64,000 nt of DNA from an uncultured Candidatus Rokubacteria bacterium. GTDB taxonomy: Bacteria > Methylomirabilota > Methylomirabilia > Rokubacteriales > CSP1-6. Both the position numbers and the translations under genes were made by a program. Every line of letters starts with the position of its first letter. Within the stretch, counting starts at the first letter, position 1. Where the stretch lies: positions 468,984 through 532,983 of the forward strand of contig CAWBMV010000037.1 in NCBI GenBank assembly GCA_963789955.1, in the 5' to 3' direction. Below the pieces are notes generated by a model. The model worked only from the letters and a program-made list of their open reading frames with translations, made no database searches and was not told where the DNA came from. Shown here one piece after another: positions 11,307 to 21,418 of the stretch.

Positions 11307-11857
11307 ACCCGTGCGCCGCGCACGAAGTGAGTGACCTGACTCATGGGCACCGCCAGGGCCAAGGGGCCGGCGGCCCGCGAGTTCACTCCGACGACACGTC
11401 CGGCGGCGTCGGCGAGCGGGCCGCCGGAGTTACCGGGCGCCAGGCGCAGGTCCGCCTGTATCCACGAGCGGCCGCGCCGATCGATCGGCCCGACCGCGCA
11501 GACGATCCCGGTCGCCAGCGCGCCACGAACCCCGAGCGGATGGCCGACGGCGGCGACGAACGATCCGATCCGGATGCTCTCGGACTCCGCGACGGACGCG
11601 GATGGCAGGCCCGTCCCGGGCACGCCGAGCAGCGCGAGGTCGGCGTCGGAGTCGCGGGCCAGCACGCGCGCGTGGACGCATCGGCCGTCGACCAGTCGCA
11701 GGGTCACCTCGGGGCGTCGCACGACGTGCGCGTTCGTGACGACGAAGCCCTGCGGCCACAGCACGCCGGATCCCAGAAGCTCACCGGCGTCGGTCACCTC
11801 CACGGTCACCCGGCGCAGCTGCTCCGCCAGGGCCGCGATGTCGATCACCGCGTTCAT
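11303..11857 (-). CDS. Trypsin-like S1C (HtrA-like) serine protease without PDZ
   Basis: VTNAHV, DLALL, PGNSGGPL triad motifs. Confidence 0.9.
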   Translation of the reverse strand: MNAVIDIAALAEQLRRVTVEVTDAGELLGSGVLWPQGFVVTNAHVVRRPEVTLRLVDGRCVHARVLARDSDADLALLGVPGTGLPSASVAESESIRIGSFVAAVGHPLGVRGALATGIVCAVGPIDRRGRSWIQADLRLAPGNSGGPLADAAGRVVGVNSRAAGPLALAVPMSQVTHFVRGARV

Positions 11858-11879
11858 GGCTCTTCCTTCCTCGGCGCGC

Positions 11880-12782
11880 CTAGGTGCGCCGCGGGCGCTC
11901 GCCGACGGTCACCGGCAAGTCTCTCGGCTCGCCGCCGCGAAGTACCGACGCGGTGATGCTCTCGCCGACGCGATCCGGCCTGAGGGTCGCCTTGAGATCG
12001 GTCGGATCGGTGATGCGATTGGCGCCGAGCGAGACGATCACGTCGCCGATCGAGAAGCCCGCCGCGGCGGCCGGGCTGCCCGACTGCACCTCGACGACGA
12101 TCACGGCGGTCTGCTGATCGAGCGCGAGGCGCTGCCGCAGCTGTTCCGGCAGACGCACGGGCTGGGTGCTCACGCCCAGGTACGCGCGCGGAATCCGGCC
12201 GCGGCGCAATAGCTCGTCGACGACACGATTCACCGCCGCCGCGGGAATGGCGAGGTGCCAGTGCCGCGAGGCGCCCGAGGTGTTGATGCCGACGACGCGT
12301 CCCTGCACGTCGACCAGTGGGCCGCCGGAGAAGCCCGGATAGAGCGTGAGGTCGAGGTGGAGCAGCTCGGTCGCCGCGCCGCGCGCTCGTTTTCCTTCGC
12401 CGATCGAGCTCACCACGCCCCAGCTCGCTCGCGGGCCGGCGCCGAGCGCCAGCACGATGTGGCCGACACGGACCGCGTCCGAGTCGGCGATGTCGGCCAC
12501 GGGGACGCCGGGCGCGTCGACCTTGAGCACGGCGAGGTCGATCGTCGGGTCACGGCCGGCGACCCGTGCCGTGAGGGCGCGGCCGTCGGGGCCGGTGATC
12601 GTCACTTCCTCGTCGGCGTGCACCGTGTGGTCGGCGGTCACCACCAGGCCCGGGCGCCAGTGCACACCAGTCGATGCGAGCCGGGGGCGTCCGGCGACCG
12701 TGAAGACCGCGCGCCCGGCGCGCTCGACCGCCGTGGCGAGATCGTTCGAAAGGCTCTGCAGTCCGTCCATTCGATCCTCCAT
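11880..12782 (-). CDS. S1C (HtrA-like) serine protease with C-terminal PDZ
   Basis: VTADH, DLAVL, PGFSGGPL, YLGV...GSPAAAAG..GDVI PDZ. Confidence 0.9.
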   Translation of the reverse strand: MEDRMDGLQSLSNDLATAVERAGRAVFTVAGRPRLASTGVHWRPGLVVTADHTVHADEEVTITGPDGRALTARVAGRDPTIDLAVLKVDAPGVPVADIADSDAVRVGHIVLALGAGPRASWGVVSSIGEGKRARGAATELLHLDLTLYPGFSGGPLVDVQGRVVGINTSGASRHWHLAIPAAAVNRVVDELLRRGRIPRAYLGVSTQPVRLPEQLRQRLALDQQTAVIVVEVQSGSPAAAAGFSIGDVIVSLGANRITDPTDLKATLRPDRVGESITASVLRGGEPRDLPVTVGERPRRT

Positions 12783-12887
12783 CGATCAGGGTATCGTTCA
12801 CCGCCAGCATGCTCGCCTGGGATCGGGCAAGGAATCGCCCGAATGGGTGGGCGGTGAGAATGGTACGGAGGGTGCTGCTCGGCGCCT

Positions 12888-14085
12888 CTAGTGGCCGGAG
12901 CCCGGGACCGCGACGCCCTTGAAGGTCGCGAGGCGCTTGGCCATGGGCGTATTGCGGCTCCGCCCGACGCGCACCTGGCCATCGACGACGACGCAGGAGA
13001 TGCCGGGGATGTCGCCCCTCGCGATCGCCGTCAGCGCGTCGGCCGCGAGCGACGCCGACGGCGCGTCACACACGACCAGATCGGCCGGGGCCCCCACCGC
13101 GATCGTCCCGGTACCGGATGCCAGGCGAAAGGCGCGCGTGTTGTTGCCGGTGGCAAGCGCGATGACGACCTCCGGCGGGAGATCACCGAGCGAGGCGAGC
13201 TCGCAGATGCTCTTGAGGACGCCCAGGGGCATCACGCCGGTTCCGGTCGGCGTGTCGCTGGCGACGCACACGCGCGGCAAGGCGCCGGCTTCACGCGCCT
13301 GTTGCACGATGTGGAGCGCCGAACGCAGGTTGCCGGCCTGGACGATCTGCAAGGCCATCTGCGACTCGGCGATGATCCGGTCGATCCCGCGCTCGTCGAG
13401 CGACGTCGTGCCGCCGTTGACGTGGCCGCACACGTCGGGTCTCAGCTGCAAGAGGACCTCGTGGTTGATCGGGCTCGAGCCGGGGATGGACGAGCCGCCG
13501 CTGTGCGACATGACGCACAGACCGTGCTTCTGGGCCAGACGCACCTCGGGCTCGCCGTCCCACGGCTGCGCGTAGCCGCCGAAGCCGTACTTCGCGTGAC
13601 GCACGCCGTGCCTCGCCATCTCGGCGAAGTCCTCCGTCCGTGAGCCCCGGCTCGAGCACCACCGAGCCCGCGTTGACCTTCATGCCGTTCGGATGAAAAT
13701 GCTCGAAGCACTTCGCCGCGGCGATCGCCAGCGCCTTCGACCGCGGCCGCATCGTGCGGCCGGCCGGGCGCGTGCACCCCTTCGCCCGCCGACACCACCG
13801 CAGGTGATCCCGCCGTGCACGTACGAGTCGAGGAAATCCACCGTCTTCTGTCTGGGCGTGTAGTCCCCCAGCACCACATGGCAGTGCGAATCGATCAACC
13901 CCGGAATCACCGTCGTCCCCAAACAATCCACGACCACATCCGCCGCCACCGCGCCAGTCCGAGAAGCCGCCCCAATCGCCGCGATCCGCCCGTCCGTCGA
14001 CCAGAATCGCCTCAGCCTCAAGCCGAGGCGCCGTCAGCACTCCGGTCGCAACCGCTCCGATGTTCACGAGACCTAGCGTTGGCAC
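12888..14085 (-). CDS. Enamidase-like amidohydrolase, several frameshifts
   Basis: PGLIDSHCHVVLGDYTPRQ, HGGIT, HSGGSSIPGS, GHVNGG, SDTPTGTG; AGGAGG before GTG at 14085. Confidence 0.82.
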
Positions 14086-14118
14086 GAAGCCTCCTGAGGA
14101 TTCACGTGTGCGCGTTGA

Positions 14119-14289
14119 CAGGTCGACGGGGGTGGCGGCCGGGTGCGGTCGGGGTCGAAGGGACCAGTTCCCTCCAAGCGCCAGCGGACGTCAAGCGCCC
14201 GGATGGAGCCCAGACCGAGCGGGCAGCGCACGCGTGCCGCGTGGTCGTCTCGACCCCGACCGCGCCCGGCCGCCACCCCCGTCGGCCTG
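14119..14289. repeat. Intergenic element with 40-nt inverted repeats (MITE-like or long stem-loop)
   Basis: 14119-14158 is the reverse complement of 14250-14289 with 2 mismatches. Confidence 0.9.
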
Positions 14290-14310
14290 CCGCATCGCGC
14301 ACGCGACGCA

Positions 14311-15756
14311 TCAGTACTCGCCGAGGCAACGGTCGACCAGAGCTTTGGCCGCTGCTCCAGTCGTACGACCGGAACATGCGGCGGTTGACGACGGGCTGCG
14401 ACGCCGAGTAGAACATCTCGTACTGGAGCTGGCGCCCGCCGAACTCGGTGCCGACGAAGTCCCAGATGAGCTTCACGAGCTTGATGCGCTCGCGCGCCCC
14501 GATGCCCGCCGCCTGGTAGTAGCGCTCGGTGTCGGCGCGCGTCTCCGCGCTGGTGAACGCGGCCTCCGACGACGGCACGGTCTGGAACGCGCCGCCCGCC
14601 AGCTCACGGAGCGTGCGCATCATGTCCACGATCAGCCGCCGCTGGAGCCCCATGCCGGCGTAGATGTACTGCGGGTGCGGCCGCGCGTACCCGCGCGTGA
14701 TCAGCGGATCAGCGCTCGGCGGCCTTGACGAGCGCGTCGAACGCCGCGCACAGGGACGCGATCTCGCCGCCGAGCGTGGCCTGGACGCCGGCGTCTCCCG
14801 TCCGCGGTCTGGATCTCGGCGAGGCGCATCGCCAGGCCGGCCATGAACTCGAGCTTCACGCCGAACCGGACCAGCGCCTGGAAGTTCGCCGTCGTGTGCG
14901 AAGGCGAGTCGTGGAACTGCGCGTTGACGAGGTCCACGTTCCGGTAGATGAAGACCTGCTCCCAGGGCACGACGACGTCGTTGAAGACGACGGTGGTGTC
15001 GACCTCGTCGAAGCGGGACGAGAGCGGGTAGTCGAAGACGCTCGTCGCCTGCGAGGCAAACGGCCGCCGCGGATAGAGGCGCAGCCCCTCGGCGTTCATC
15101 GGCATGACGAGTGAGATCGCGTAGTCCTCGTCACCCGGCACCAGCGGCGTGATGTAGGAGACGAAGAGCCAGTCGGCCATCGTCGCGGAGGTGGCGATCG
15201 CGTGGGCCCCGCGAACCACGATACCGGCCGACGTCTCGCGCACCACGCCCGGATGCAGGAACGGCTCTGGGTGACGATGCGCGGGCCGCGAGCGGTCTAC
15301 CTGCGGCGGCACGATCGCATAGGTCACGTAGAGATCTTCGTCGCGAGCGCGCGCGTAGAAGCGCTCCACGTGGTCGCCGAAGCGCGCGCCGCCGCCGTCG
15401 AAGAGGTGGCGCCAGGCCGAGAAGGCCGTGAGCACGCACGCCACGTGGTCGGGCGTACGCCCCATGAGCCCGAACGAGGGCTCGGCCCAGAACCGATGGA
15501 GGCGCCGGCGCGCGGCGAGATCCTCGGCCGAGCGCGGCACGAGCCACATGTTGCTGTGGCGCGCCCCCGTCGTCGCATCGGCGAACGTGAGGGCCGGGTC
15601 ATTCTCGGCGGCCTTCGCGCGATCGTAGGTCTCGGCGATTCTCCGGATGGGCTCGACGAACGCCGGGTGCTTGGTGACGTCGTCCACATGCTCGCCGTCG
15701 AGGTACACCGCCCGCCCGTCCCGGAGACTCGCGACGTACGCGTCACCACGGCGCAT
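14311..15756 (-). CDS. HpaB-family flavin-dependent aromatic monooxygenase, oxygenase component; frameshifts near 14700-14800
   Basis: YVASLRDGRAVYLDGE..DVTKHPAF, MGRTPDH, DYPLSSRFDEVD, FGGRQLQYEMFY. Confidence 0.88.
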
Positions 15757-15839
15757 AAGCGCGCCAACCTTGCCACAGGCCGCCGGTAATGACAAACGCC
15801 GGTCGCTCGCCGGCCGAGGCGCCACCATGATTCGTGATA

Positions 15840-16355
15840 ATGTCCGGCACCGTGAGGCGCCCGCCCCTCGCCGTCGTGCTCGTCGCCCTCGTGATGCTGG
15901 CGCTCGGCGAGACGGCCGGCGCCGCGATGTCGCGGCTCAAGCCCGAGATCCAGCGCTACGCCGCGGCTCGTGTCGCCGCCAATCCGGCGGCCCACGGCGT
16001 CTCCGGCTCGGCCGAGTACGACGACGAGGTCCGCGATCGCGCGATCTTCACCGCCGAGGCCGGCCTGTCGTTCTTTCACCTGCACGGCGAGGGCGTCGGC
16101 CTGGTGCTGTTCTTTTCGACCGCGCTGGTCGCGGCCGTCGTGCCCTCGTGCCGCGCGCGCACCGTCCTTTATGTGCTGCTGACGCTCGGCGGGCTCTTTC
16201 CGCTCGGCTATCTCGTGTACGGCGCCGCCGTGCTCGAGCTCGGGCGCGACGCCGGCACCGAGCTGGCCGAGCGCTGGCTCCTCACGCCGCTCGGGATCTC
16301 GGCGATCGCGGGGCTCGTCGGCCTGTGGCTCGCGGCCGCGCGTCGGCACCCATGA
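15840..16355 (+). CDS. Uncharacterised membrane protein with FHLHGEG motif (paralog 1)
   Basis: About 4 hydrophobic segments; aligns by eye with the next gene; ATGA coupling. Confidence 0.8.
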   Translation: MSGTVRRPPLAVVLVALVMLALGETAGAAMSRLKPEIQRYAAARVAANPAAHGVSGSAEYDDEVRDRAIFTAEAGLSFFHLHGEGVGLVLFFSTALVAAVVPSCRARTVLYVLLTLGGLFPLGYLVYGAAVLELGRDAGTELAERWLLTPLGISAIAGLVGLWLAAARRHP

Positions 16356-16897
16356 CCGACGCCGAGTCCCCTACCTGGCGAATCCCGCCGCGCTGGGTGC
16401 TGCTCGTCGCCGTGCTCTCGATCGTCGCGGCCGAAGTCGGCGGCGGCTCGATGGCGCGCTTCAAGGTCGAGCTGACCCGCTGGGCTCGCGACGGCATGCT
16501 CGCGCACCCCACCGTCCACGGCCTGGTCGGCGTGCGCGACGTCGACGAGCGCATCCTCGACGAGGCGCTGGTGAAGTTCGACGCGGGACTCCGGCTCTTT
16601 CACATGCACGCGGAGGGCATGGGGCTCGTGATCATCGCCACCTCGATGGTCGCGGCCACCGTGATCCGGAGCGTCGCGACGCGCCGGGCGATCATCGCCC
16701 TTCTCACGGCGGGCGGGGCGGGCTATCCTGTCGGCTACCTCGTATGGAGCGCGCTCATCCCGTCGTACGGCCTGGAACGAGCGAAGACGATCGCCGAGTG
16801 GCTCGTCTGGGTTCCGTTCGGCAGCGCCACGATCGTCGCGCTCTGGGGCCTCGCCGGGCTCGTCGCGTGGTCGATGCTCGAGCGAAGACGAGCGTGA
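16352..16897 (+). CDS. Uncharacterised membrane protein with FHMHAEG motif (paralog 2)
   Basis: MTDAESPTW...; shares E..G..M.R.K, HG, AGL..FH.H.EG.GLV and P.GYLV with paralog 1. Confidence 0.8.
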   Translation: MTDAESPTWRIPPRWVLLVAVLSIVAAEVGGGSMARFKVELTRWARDGMLAHPTVHGLVGVRDVDERILDEALVKFDAGLRLFHMHAEGMGLVIIATSMVAATVIRSVATRRAIIALLTAGGAGYPVGYLVWSALIPSYGLERAKTIAEWLVWVPFGSATIVALWGLAGLVAWSMLERRRA

Positions 16898-17548
16898 CCG
16901 GCCGCGCGATCCTCGCTCCGACCGTCCTCGCCGCGCTCGTGGTGGTCGCCGCGCCCATATCGCCCGCCTCGGCGCATCACGTCGGCGCGTACGTGCCGAA
17001 GGACAACGCGATCACGACGAACTTCAAGCAAGTGAAGTTCTCGGTTCAGGCCGGCAAGTACGACGTCGCGCGCCGGCTGTTCGACTCGGGCGCGCTGCGG
17101 GCCGAGATGCGCGCTCACGCCGCAACTCTGCCGGCCGGCCTCGAGGACGGCACGCGCGCCGCGCTCACCGCCGGTGACGGGCCCGAGGTCGAGCGGAGGC
17201 TCATGATCTTCTTCGCCGCGCTCTCGCGCGACCTGGCTCTCGAGGCGGATCGTCAGATCGCGCGACCCGACGCCACGGCCGACAGCCCGTGTCACCACCG
17301 GACGCAAGTTCCTCGAGGCGATCTGGCGCTACTACAACCTCGTCGACTTCGCCGTCGCGTCGCGCGACGACAAGGCCTCGGTCGCCCTCCGCCTCGCGTT
17401 CGACGAGGCCGAGACGTACGTGAAATCACCGGCCGCCGGGGTCACTCCGGTCGATCCGGCGGGAATCCGGCAGCCGCTCCAGCGAATCGCGCAGGTCCTC
17501 TCGACCCTGATCGCAGCATCGTCACCGACACCAAGGAGGAGCACATGA
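16894..17548 (+). CDS. Secreted helical hypothetical protein, predicted mature N-terminus His-His; frameshift near 17285
   Basis: GTG at 16894, signal peptide ending ASA then HHVGAYVPKDN; continues in a shifted frame RKFLEAIWRYYNLVDF to TGA at 17546-17548. Confidence 0.72.
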
Positions 17549-18762
17549 AGCGCGTGACATGGGGATTCACCGTGCTGGTCGCCATCGCCGCGCTGGTCTG
17601 GATCGCGGCGCCGGCCGTCTCGCAGCAGAAAGTCGTCAAGATCGGCGACCTCGGCTCCAAGGTCGGCGTCTTCGAGGGCTACGGCAAGTATCAGACGTGG
17701 GGCATGCAGATGGCGGTCGAGGAGCTGAACGCCAAGGGCGGCGTCCTCGGCCAGAAGATCGAGATCGTCTCCGAGGACGACGAGACGAAGCCCGCGCCGG
17801 CCGTGCGCAAGGCCGAGAAGCTGATCCTTCAGGACGACGTGAAGCTCCTGGTCGGCGCCGTCTCCAGCGGCGCGACCCTGGCGGTGATGGACGTCACCAA
17901 GAAGCACAAGACCATCCACTGGAACTCCGTCTCGTGCGCGGAGTTCATGAGGACCACGAAGTTCCACAAGTACTACTTCTCGAACCAGCCGGACTCGCGG
18001 ATGCAGGCCACCGGCCTGGCCAAGTACATCGTCGACAAGATGGGCAAGAAGGTCTACATCTTCTACACCGACTACGCGATGGGCCAGTCGGACGGGCGCC
18101 AGTTCAAGACCGCGCTCGAGAAGCTCGGCGGCGAGGTGGTCGGCGTCGCCGGCGCGCCGCTGGACACCAAGGACTTCAGCCCCTGGTTCGGCGCCATCAA
18201 CCAGTCGGGTCCCGACGTGCTGTTCCTCGCCTTCGCCGGCACCGACTCGCTCCGGCTGATGACCCAGCTGCACTCGTTCGGCATGACGAAGAAGTACAAG
18301 CTCGCCGGCATCGACTGCTTCCTCCTGCAGCAAGACCTGCCGTCGATCGCCGAGCCGATGGAAGGCTTCGTGCAGCTGAACCACTTCTCGCCGTACAACC
18401 CCGACGCGAACATGCAGGCCTACAACGCGCGGTTCAAGAAGAAGTTCGGCACCGACGCCAACATCGCCGCCGGCTCCTACGACGCGGTGCTGTTCTGGGC
18501 GGCCGCGGTCGAGAAGGCCAAGTCGTTCGATCCCGACAAGGTGGCCGAGGCGCACGAGGGCATGTGTGTCGACAACACCCACATCGGCCGCCAGTGCATC
18601 CGCAAGGAAGACCACCAGGTCATCATGGACATGCACCTCTACCAGGTGAAGGGCGGCAAGAATCTCCCGATCGCCCGCATCGCCGGCAGCGACACGATCG
18701 GCGACGCGATGGTCGGCAAGGATCCGGTGGAAGGGTTCACCTGGGAAATCAAGAAGAAGTAG
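17545..18762 (+). CDS. LivJ/K-type ABC substrate-binding protein
   Basis: AAGGAGG RBS, signal peptide, AVEELNAKGGVLG, DDETKP, DYAMG, IRKEDHQ. Confidence 0.92.
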   Translation: MKRVTWGFTVLVAIAALVWIAAPAVSQQKVVKIGDLGSKVGVFEGYGKYQTWGMQMAVEELNAKGGVLGQKIEIVSEDDETKPAPAVRKAEKLILQDDVKLLVGAVSSGATLAVMDVTKKHKTIHWNSVSCAEFMRTTKFHKYYFSNQPDSRMQATGLAKYIVDKMGKKVYIFYTDYAMGQSDGRQFKTALEKLGGEVVGVAGAPLDTKDFSPWFGAINQSGPDVLFLAFAGTDSLRLMTQLHSFGMTKKYKLAGIDCFLLQQDLPSIAEPMEGFVQLNHFSPYNPDANMQAYNARFKKKFGTDANIAAGSYDAVLFWAAAVEKAKSFDPDKVAEAHEGMCVDNTHIGRQCIRKEDHQVIMDMHLYQVKGGKNLPIARIAGSDTIGDAMVGKDPVEGFTWEIKKK

Positions 18763-18778
18763 TCGCGGCGGGGGAGTC

Positions 18779-18829
18779 GAGAGGGGGGCGCAGGCTGTAC
18801 GCATCTCGTGCAGACGGAGCCCCCTTCTC
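18779..18829 (+). other. Intercistronic stem-loop after the SBP gene
   Basis: GAGAGGGGGGC pairs with GCCCCCTTCTC; inner CTGTACG pairs with CGTGCAG. Confidence 0.6.
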
Positions 18830-18836
18830 CTAAAGA

Positions 18837-19715
18837 ATGGACTATCTCGTCGCGGTCCTGCTGCCGCAGCTCCTGCACGGCCTCGTCTTCGGGGCCGCGC
18901 TGGGGCTGCTGGCGCTGGGCCTGACCGTGATCTTCGGACTGCTCGGCGTCATGAACTTCGCCCACGGCGAGCTGTACATGCTCGGCGCTTACGCCGGGAT
19001 CGCCGTGATCGGCGTGACGCACTCGTTCTGGGCGGCGCTCCTGGTGGGGCCGCTGGCGGTCGGCGCGATCGGTGCCTTGACCGAGGTGACGACGCTCCGG
19101 CCCCTCTATCGCCGTGAGCCCCTCTACGGGCTCATCCTGACATTCGGTCTCGCGCTGGTGTTCCGCGAGGGCGCGCGTCAGATCTGGGGCGGCGACATGC
19201 GTCGCATCATGCCGCCGTTCGCCGGCTCGACGCCCCTGCTCGGCATGACCTATCCGAACTACCGCCTGTTTCTCCTGGCGGCGTCCTCGGCGATCCTCCT
19301 GGCGATCTGGCTCTTCTTCACACGGACCCGCGCGGGCATCCTCGTTCGGGCCGCGGTGCAGGACGCCGAGATGCTCGACGGCCTCGGCGTCAACGTTCCG
19401 CGCGTCTTCACCCTGACCTTCGCGGGCTCGGCCGCTCTCGCGGCGCTGGCCGGCCTCCTGCTCGCCCCCATCTTCACGGTCTACCCGCAGATGGGCGTGG
19501 AGATGATCCTGCTCGCGTTCATCGTCGTCATCCTCGGCGGCATGGGCTCGATGGGCGGCTCGGTGATCGCCGCCTTCGTCATCGGCCTCGCCCAGAGCCT
19601 CTTGACGCTCTGGATGAACCCGCAGCGGGTCGCGATCGCGATCTTCGCCATCATGATCGTGATCCTGATCGTCCGGCCCCGGGGATTCTTCGGCCGCGAG
19701 GGCGTGCTTGAGTAG
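18837..19715 (+). CDS. LivH-type ABC permease
   Basis: GLTVIFGLLGVMNFAHGE, ILGGMGS, RPRGFFG. Confidence 0.93.
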   Translation: MDYLVAVLLPQLLHGLVFGAALGLLALGLTVIFGLLGVMNFAHGELYMLGAYAGIAVIGVTHSFWAALLVGPLAVGAIGALTEVTTLRPLYRREPLYGLILTFGLALVFREGARQIWGGDMRRIMPPFAGSTPLLGMTYPNYRLFLLAASSAILLAIWLFFTRTRAGILVRAAVQDAEMLDGLGVNVPRVFTLTFAGSAALAALAGLLLAPIFTVYPQMGVEMILLAFIVVILGGMGSMGGSVIAAFVIGLAQSLLTLWMNPQRVAIAIFAIMIVILIVRPRGFFGREGVLE

Positions 19716-20673
19716 AGCGGTTTATGGGCGCGTGGTTTCGCGGTGGGCGGTGATCGTGTGGTTATTACTGACGCTGCTGCCGGCCGTGCCCTTCATGTCG
19801 AAGTTCTATCTCTTGCTCGCCTTCGACGCGCTCCTCTTCGGTACGATCGCCATGAGCCTCGATCTGCTCATGGGCTACACGGGGCTCGTCTCGTTCGGTC
19901 ACGCCGCGTTCTTCGGACTCGGCGCCTACGCGAGCGCGGTCCTGCTCGAGCGGGGGATCGTGTCGCTGTGGGCGTGCCTTCTCTTCGCGATCCTGGTGGT
20001 CGGCCTCTACGCGCTCGTGGTCAGCTTCTTCGCCACGGCGCGGCGCGGGATCTACTTCGCGCTGCTCACCTTGATCTTCGCCGAGGTCGTGTACACGTTC
20101 TTCCGCTACACGCAGACCTTCGGCGGCTCGGACGGGATCCAGGGCGTGGCCGCCCCGCGCCTCATCGGCGACTTCGCGATCGACACGCCGCTGCGCAACT
20201 ACTACCTGGTGCTGGTGTACCTGGGGCTCGCGTATCTCGCCTGCCGCGTGCTCGTCACCTCGCATTTCGGCCGCGTGCTCGTCGCGATCCGCGAGAACGA
20301 GGACCGCGCGCGGTTCCTCGGCTACAACGTCCAGCGCTACAAGATGGCCGTCTGCATGATCTCGGCGCTGCTCACCGGTCTCGGCGGCGCGCTCTACCCG
20401 GGACGCTCGGCGTTCGCGACGCCCGACCTCATGCTGTGGACCGTCTCGGGCGAGTTCATCATCATGGTCATGATCGGCGGGCTGGGGACCTTGGCGGGCC
20501 CCGTCGTCGGCGGCGCATTCTTCGTCCTGCTGCAGGAGAAGGTCTCGTCGTACGTGGACTGGTACTTCATCGTGATCGGTCTGGTCCTGATCTTCATCGT
20601 CCTGTTCATGCCCAGGGGCCTGCTCGGGATCCGTGAGCTCCTCGGCGGCCGTCGATGGCGCACGACGGCGTAG
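19708..20673 (+). CDS. LivM-type ABC permease
   Basis: LLMGYTGLVSFGHAAFFGLGAY, AIRENEDRA, IGGLGT. Confidence 0.92.
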   Translation: MSRAVYGRVVSRWAVIVWLLLTLLPAVPFMSKFYLLLAFDALLFGTIAMSLDLLMGYTGLVSFGHAAFFGLGAYASAVLLERGIVSLWACLLFAILVVGLYALVVSFFATARRGIYFALLTLIFAEVVYTFFRYTQTFGGSDGIQGVAAPRLIGDFAIDTPLRNYYLVLVYLGLAYLACRVLVTSHFGRVLVAIRENEDRARFLGYNVQRYKMAVCMISALLTGLGGALYPGRSAFATPDLMLWTVSGEFIIMVMIGGLGTLAGPVVGGAFFVLLQEKVSSYVDWYFIVIGLVLIFIVLFMPRGLLGIRELLGGRRWRTTA

Positions 20674-21417
20674 TCCTCGAGGTCGAGTCGCTTTCCAAGA
20701 GCTTCGGCGCCCTCGCGGCGCTCTCGAAGGTGAGCTTCGCCGTCCGGCAGGGCCAGATCTTCTCGGTGATCGGGCCCAACGGCGCCGGGAAATCCACGCT
20801 CTTCAACCTGATCTCCGGGCTTCACGTGCCCAGCGCCGGCCGTGTGCGGTTCCGGGGGCGCGAGATCGCCGGGCTCGCGCCCGAGGCGATCAACCGGCTG
20901 GGCATCGCCAAGACGTTCCAGATCACGAACATCTTCCCGGAGATCTCGGTGTTCGAGAACGTGCGCGTCGCCGCGCAATCGCGCGCGCGCGAGTCGGGGC
21001 GGCTCGCCTCGCTCTGGCGTCTGCCCGACGTCGGGACGAACGTCGGCGGAGCTATTGGGCGCGTTCGGGCTCGCGGCCAAGCGCGACGAGCTGGCCGAGA
21101 ATCTCTCGCACGGTGAGCAGCGCTACCTCGAGATCTGTCTGGCGCTCGCCACCGAGCCCACCCTCCTGCTCCTCGACGAGCCCACGGCGGGCATGACGCC
21201 GGGCGAGACGAAAGAGGCCACAACGCTCGTGCGTCAGATCGCCGCGGCGCGCGGCCTGACGGTGCTCCTGATCGAGCACGACATGTCGGTGGTCATGGGG
21301 ATCTCGGACCGGGTCGCGGTGCTCCACTTCGGCGAGAAGATCGCCGAGGGCGCGCCGGAGCAGATCCGCAACGATCCTCAGGTGATCGAGGCCTACCTCG
21401 GGCCGCCGGAGGATTGA
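20655..21417 (+). CDS. LivG-type ABC ATPase, frameshift near 21040
   Basis: GPNGAGKST, LSHGEQR, LLDEPTAG, IEHDM, EAYLG. Confidence 0.9.
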
Positions 21418-21418
21418 C

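Noticed and set aside
16744..18762. 672-aa apparent fusion of an unknown domain to an SBP
   Set aside because: Artefact of a frameshift near 17285; the SBP has its own AAGGAGG RBS and ATG at 17545
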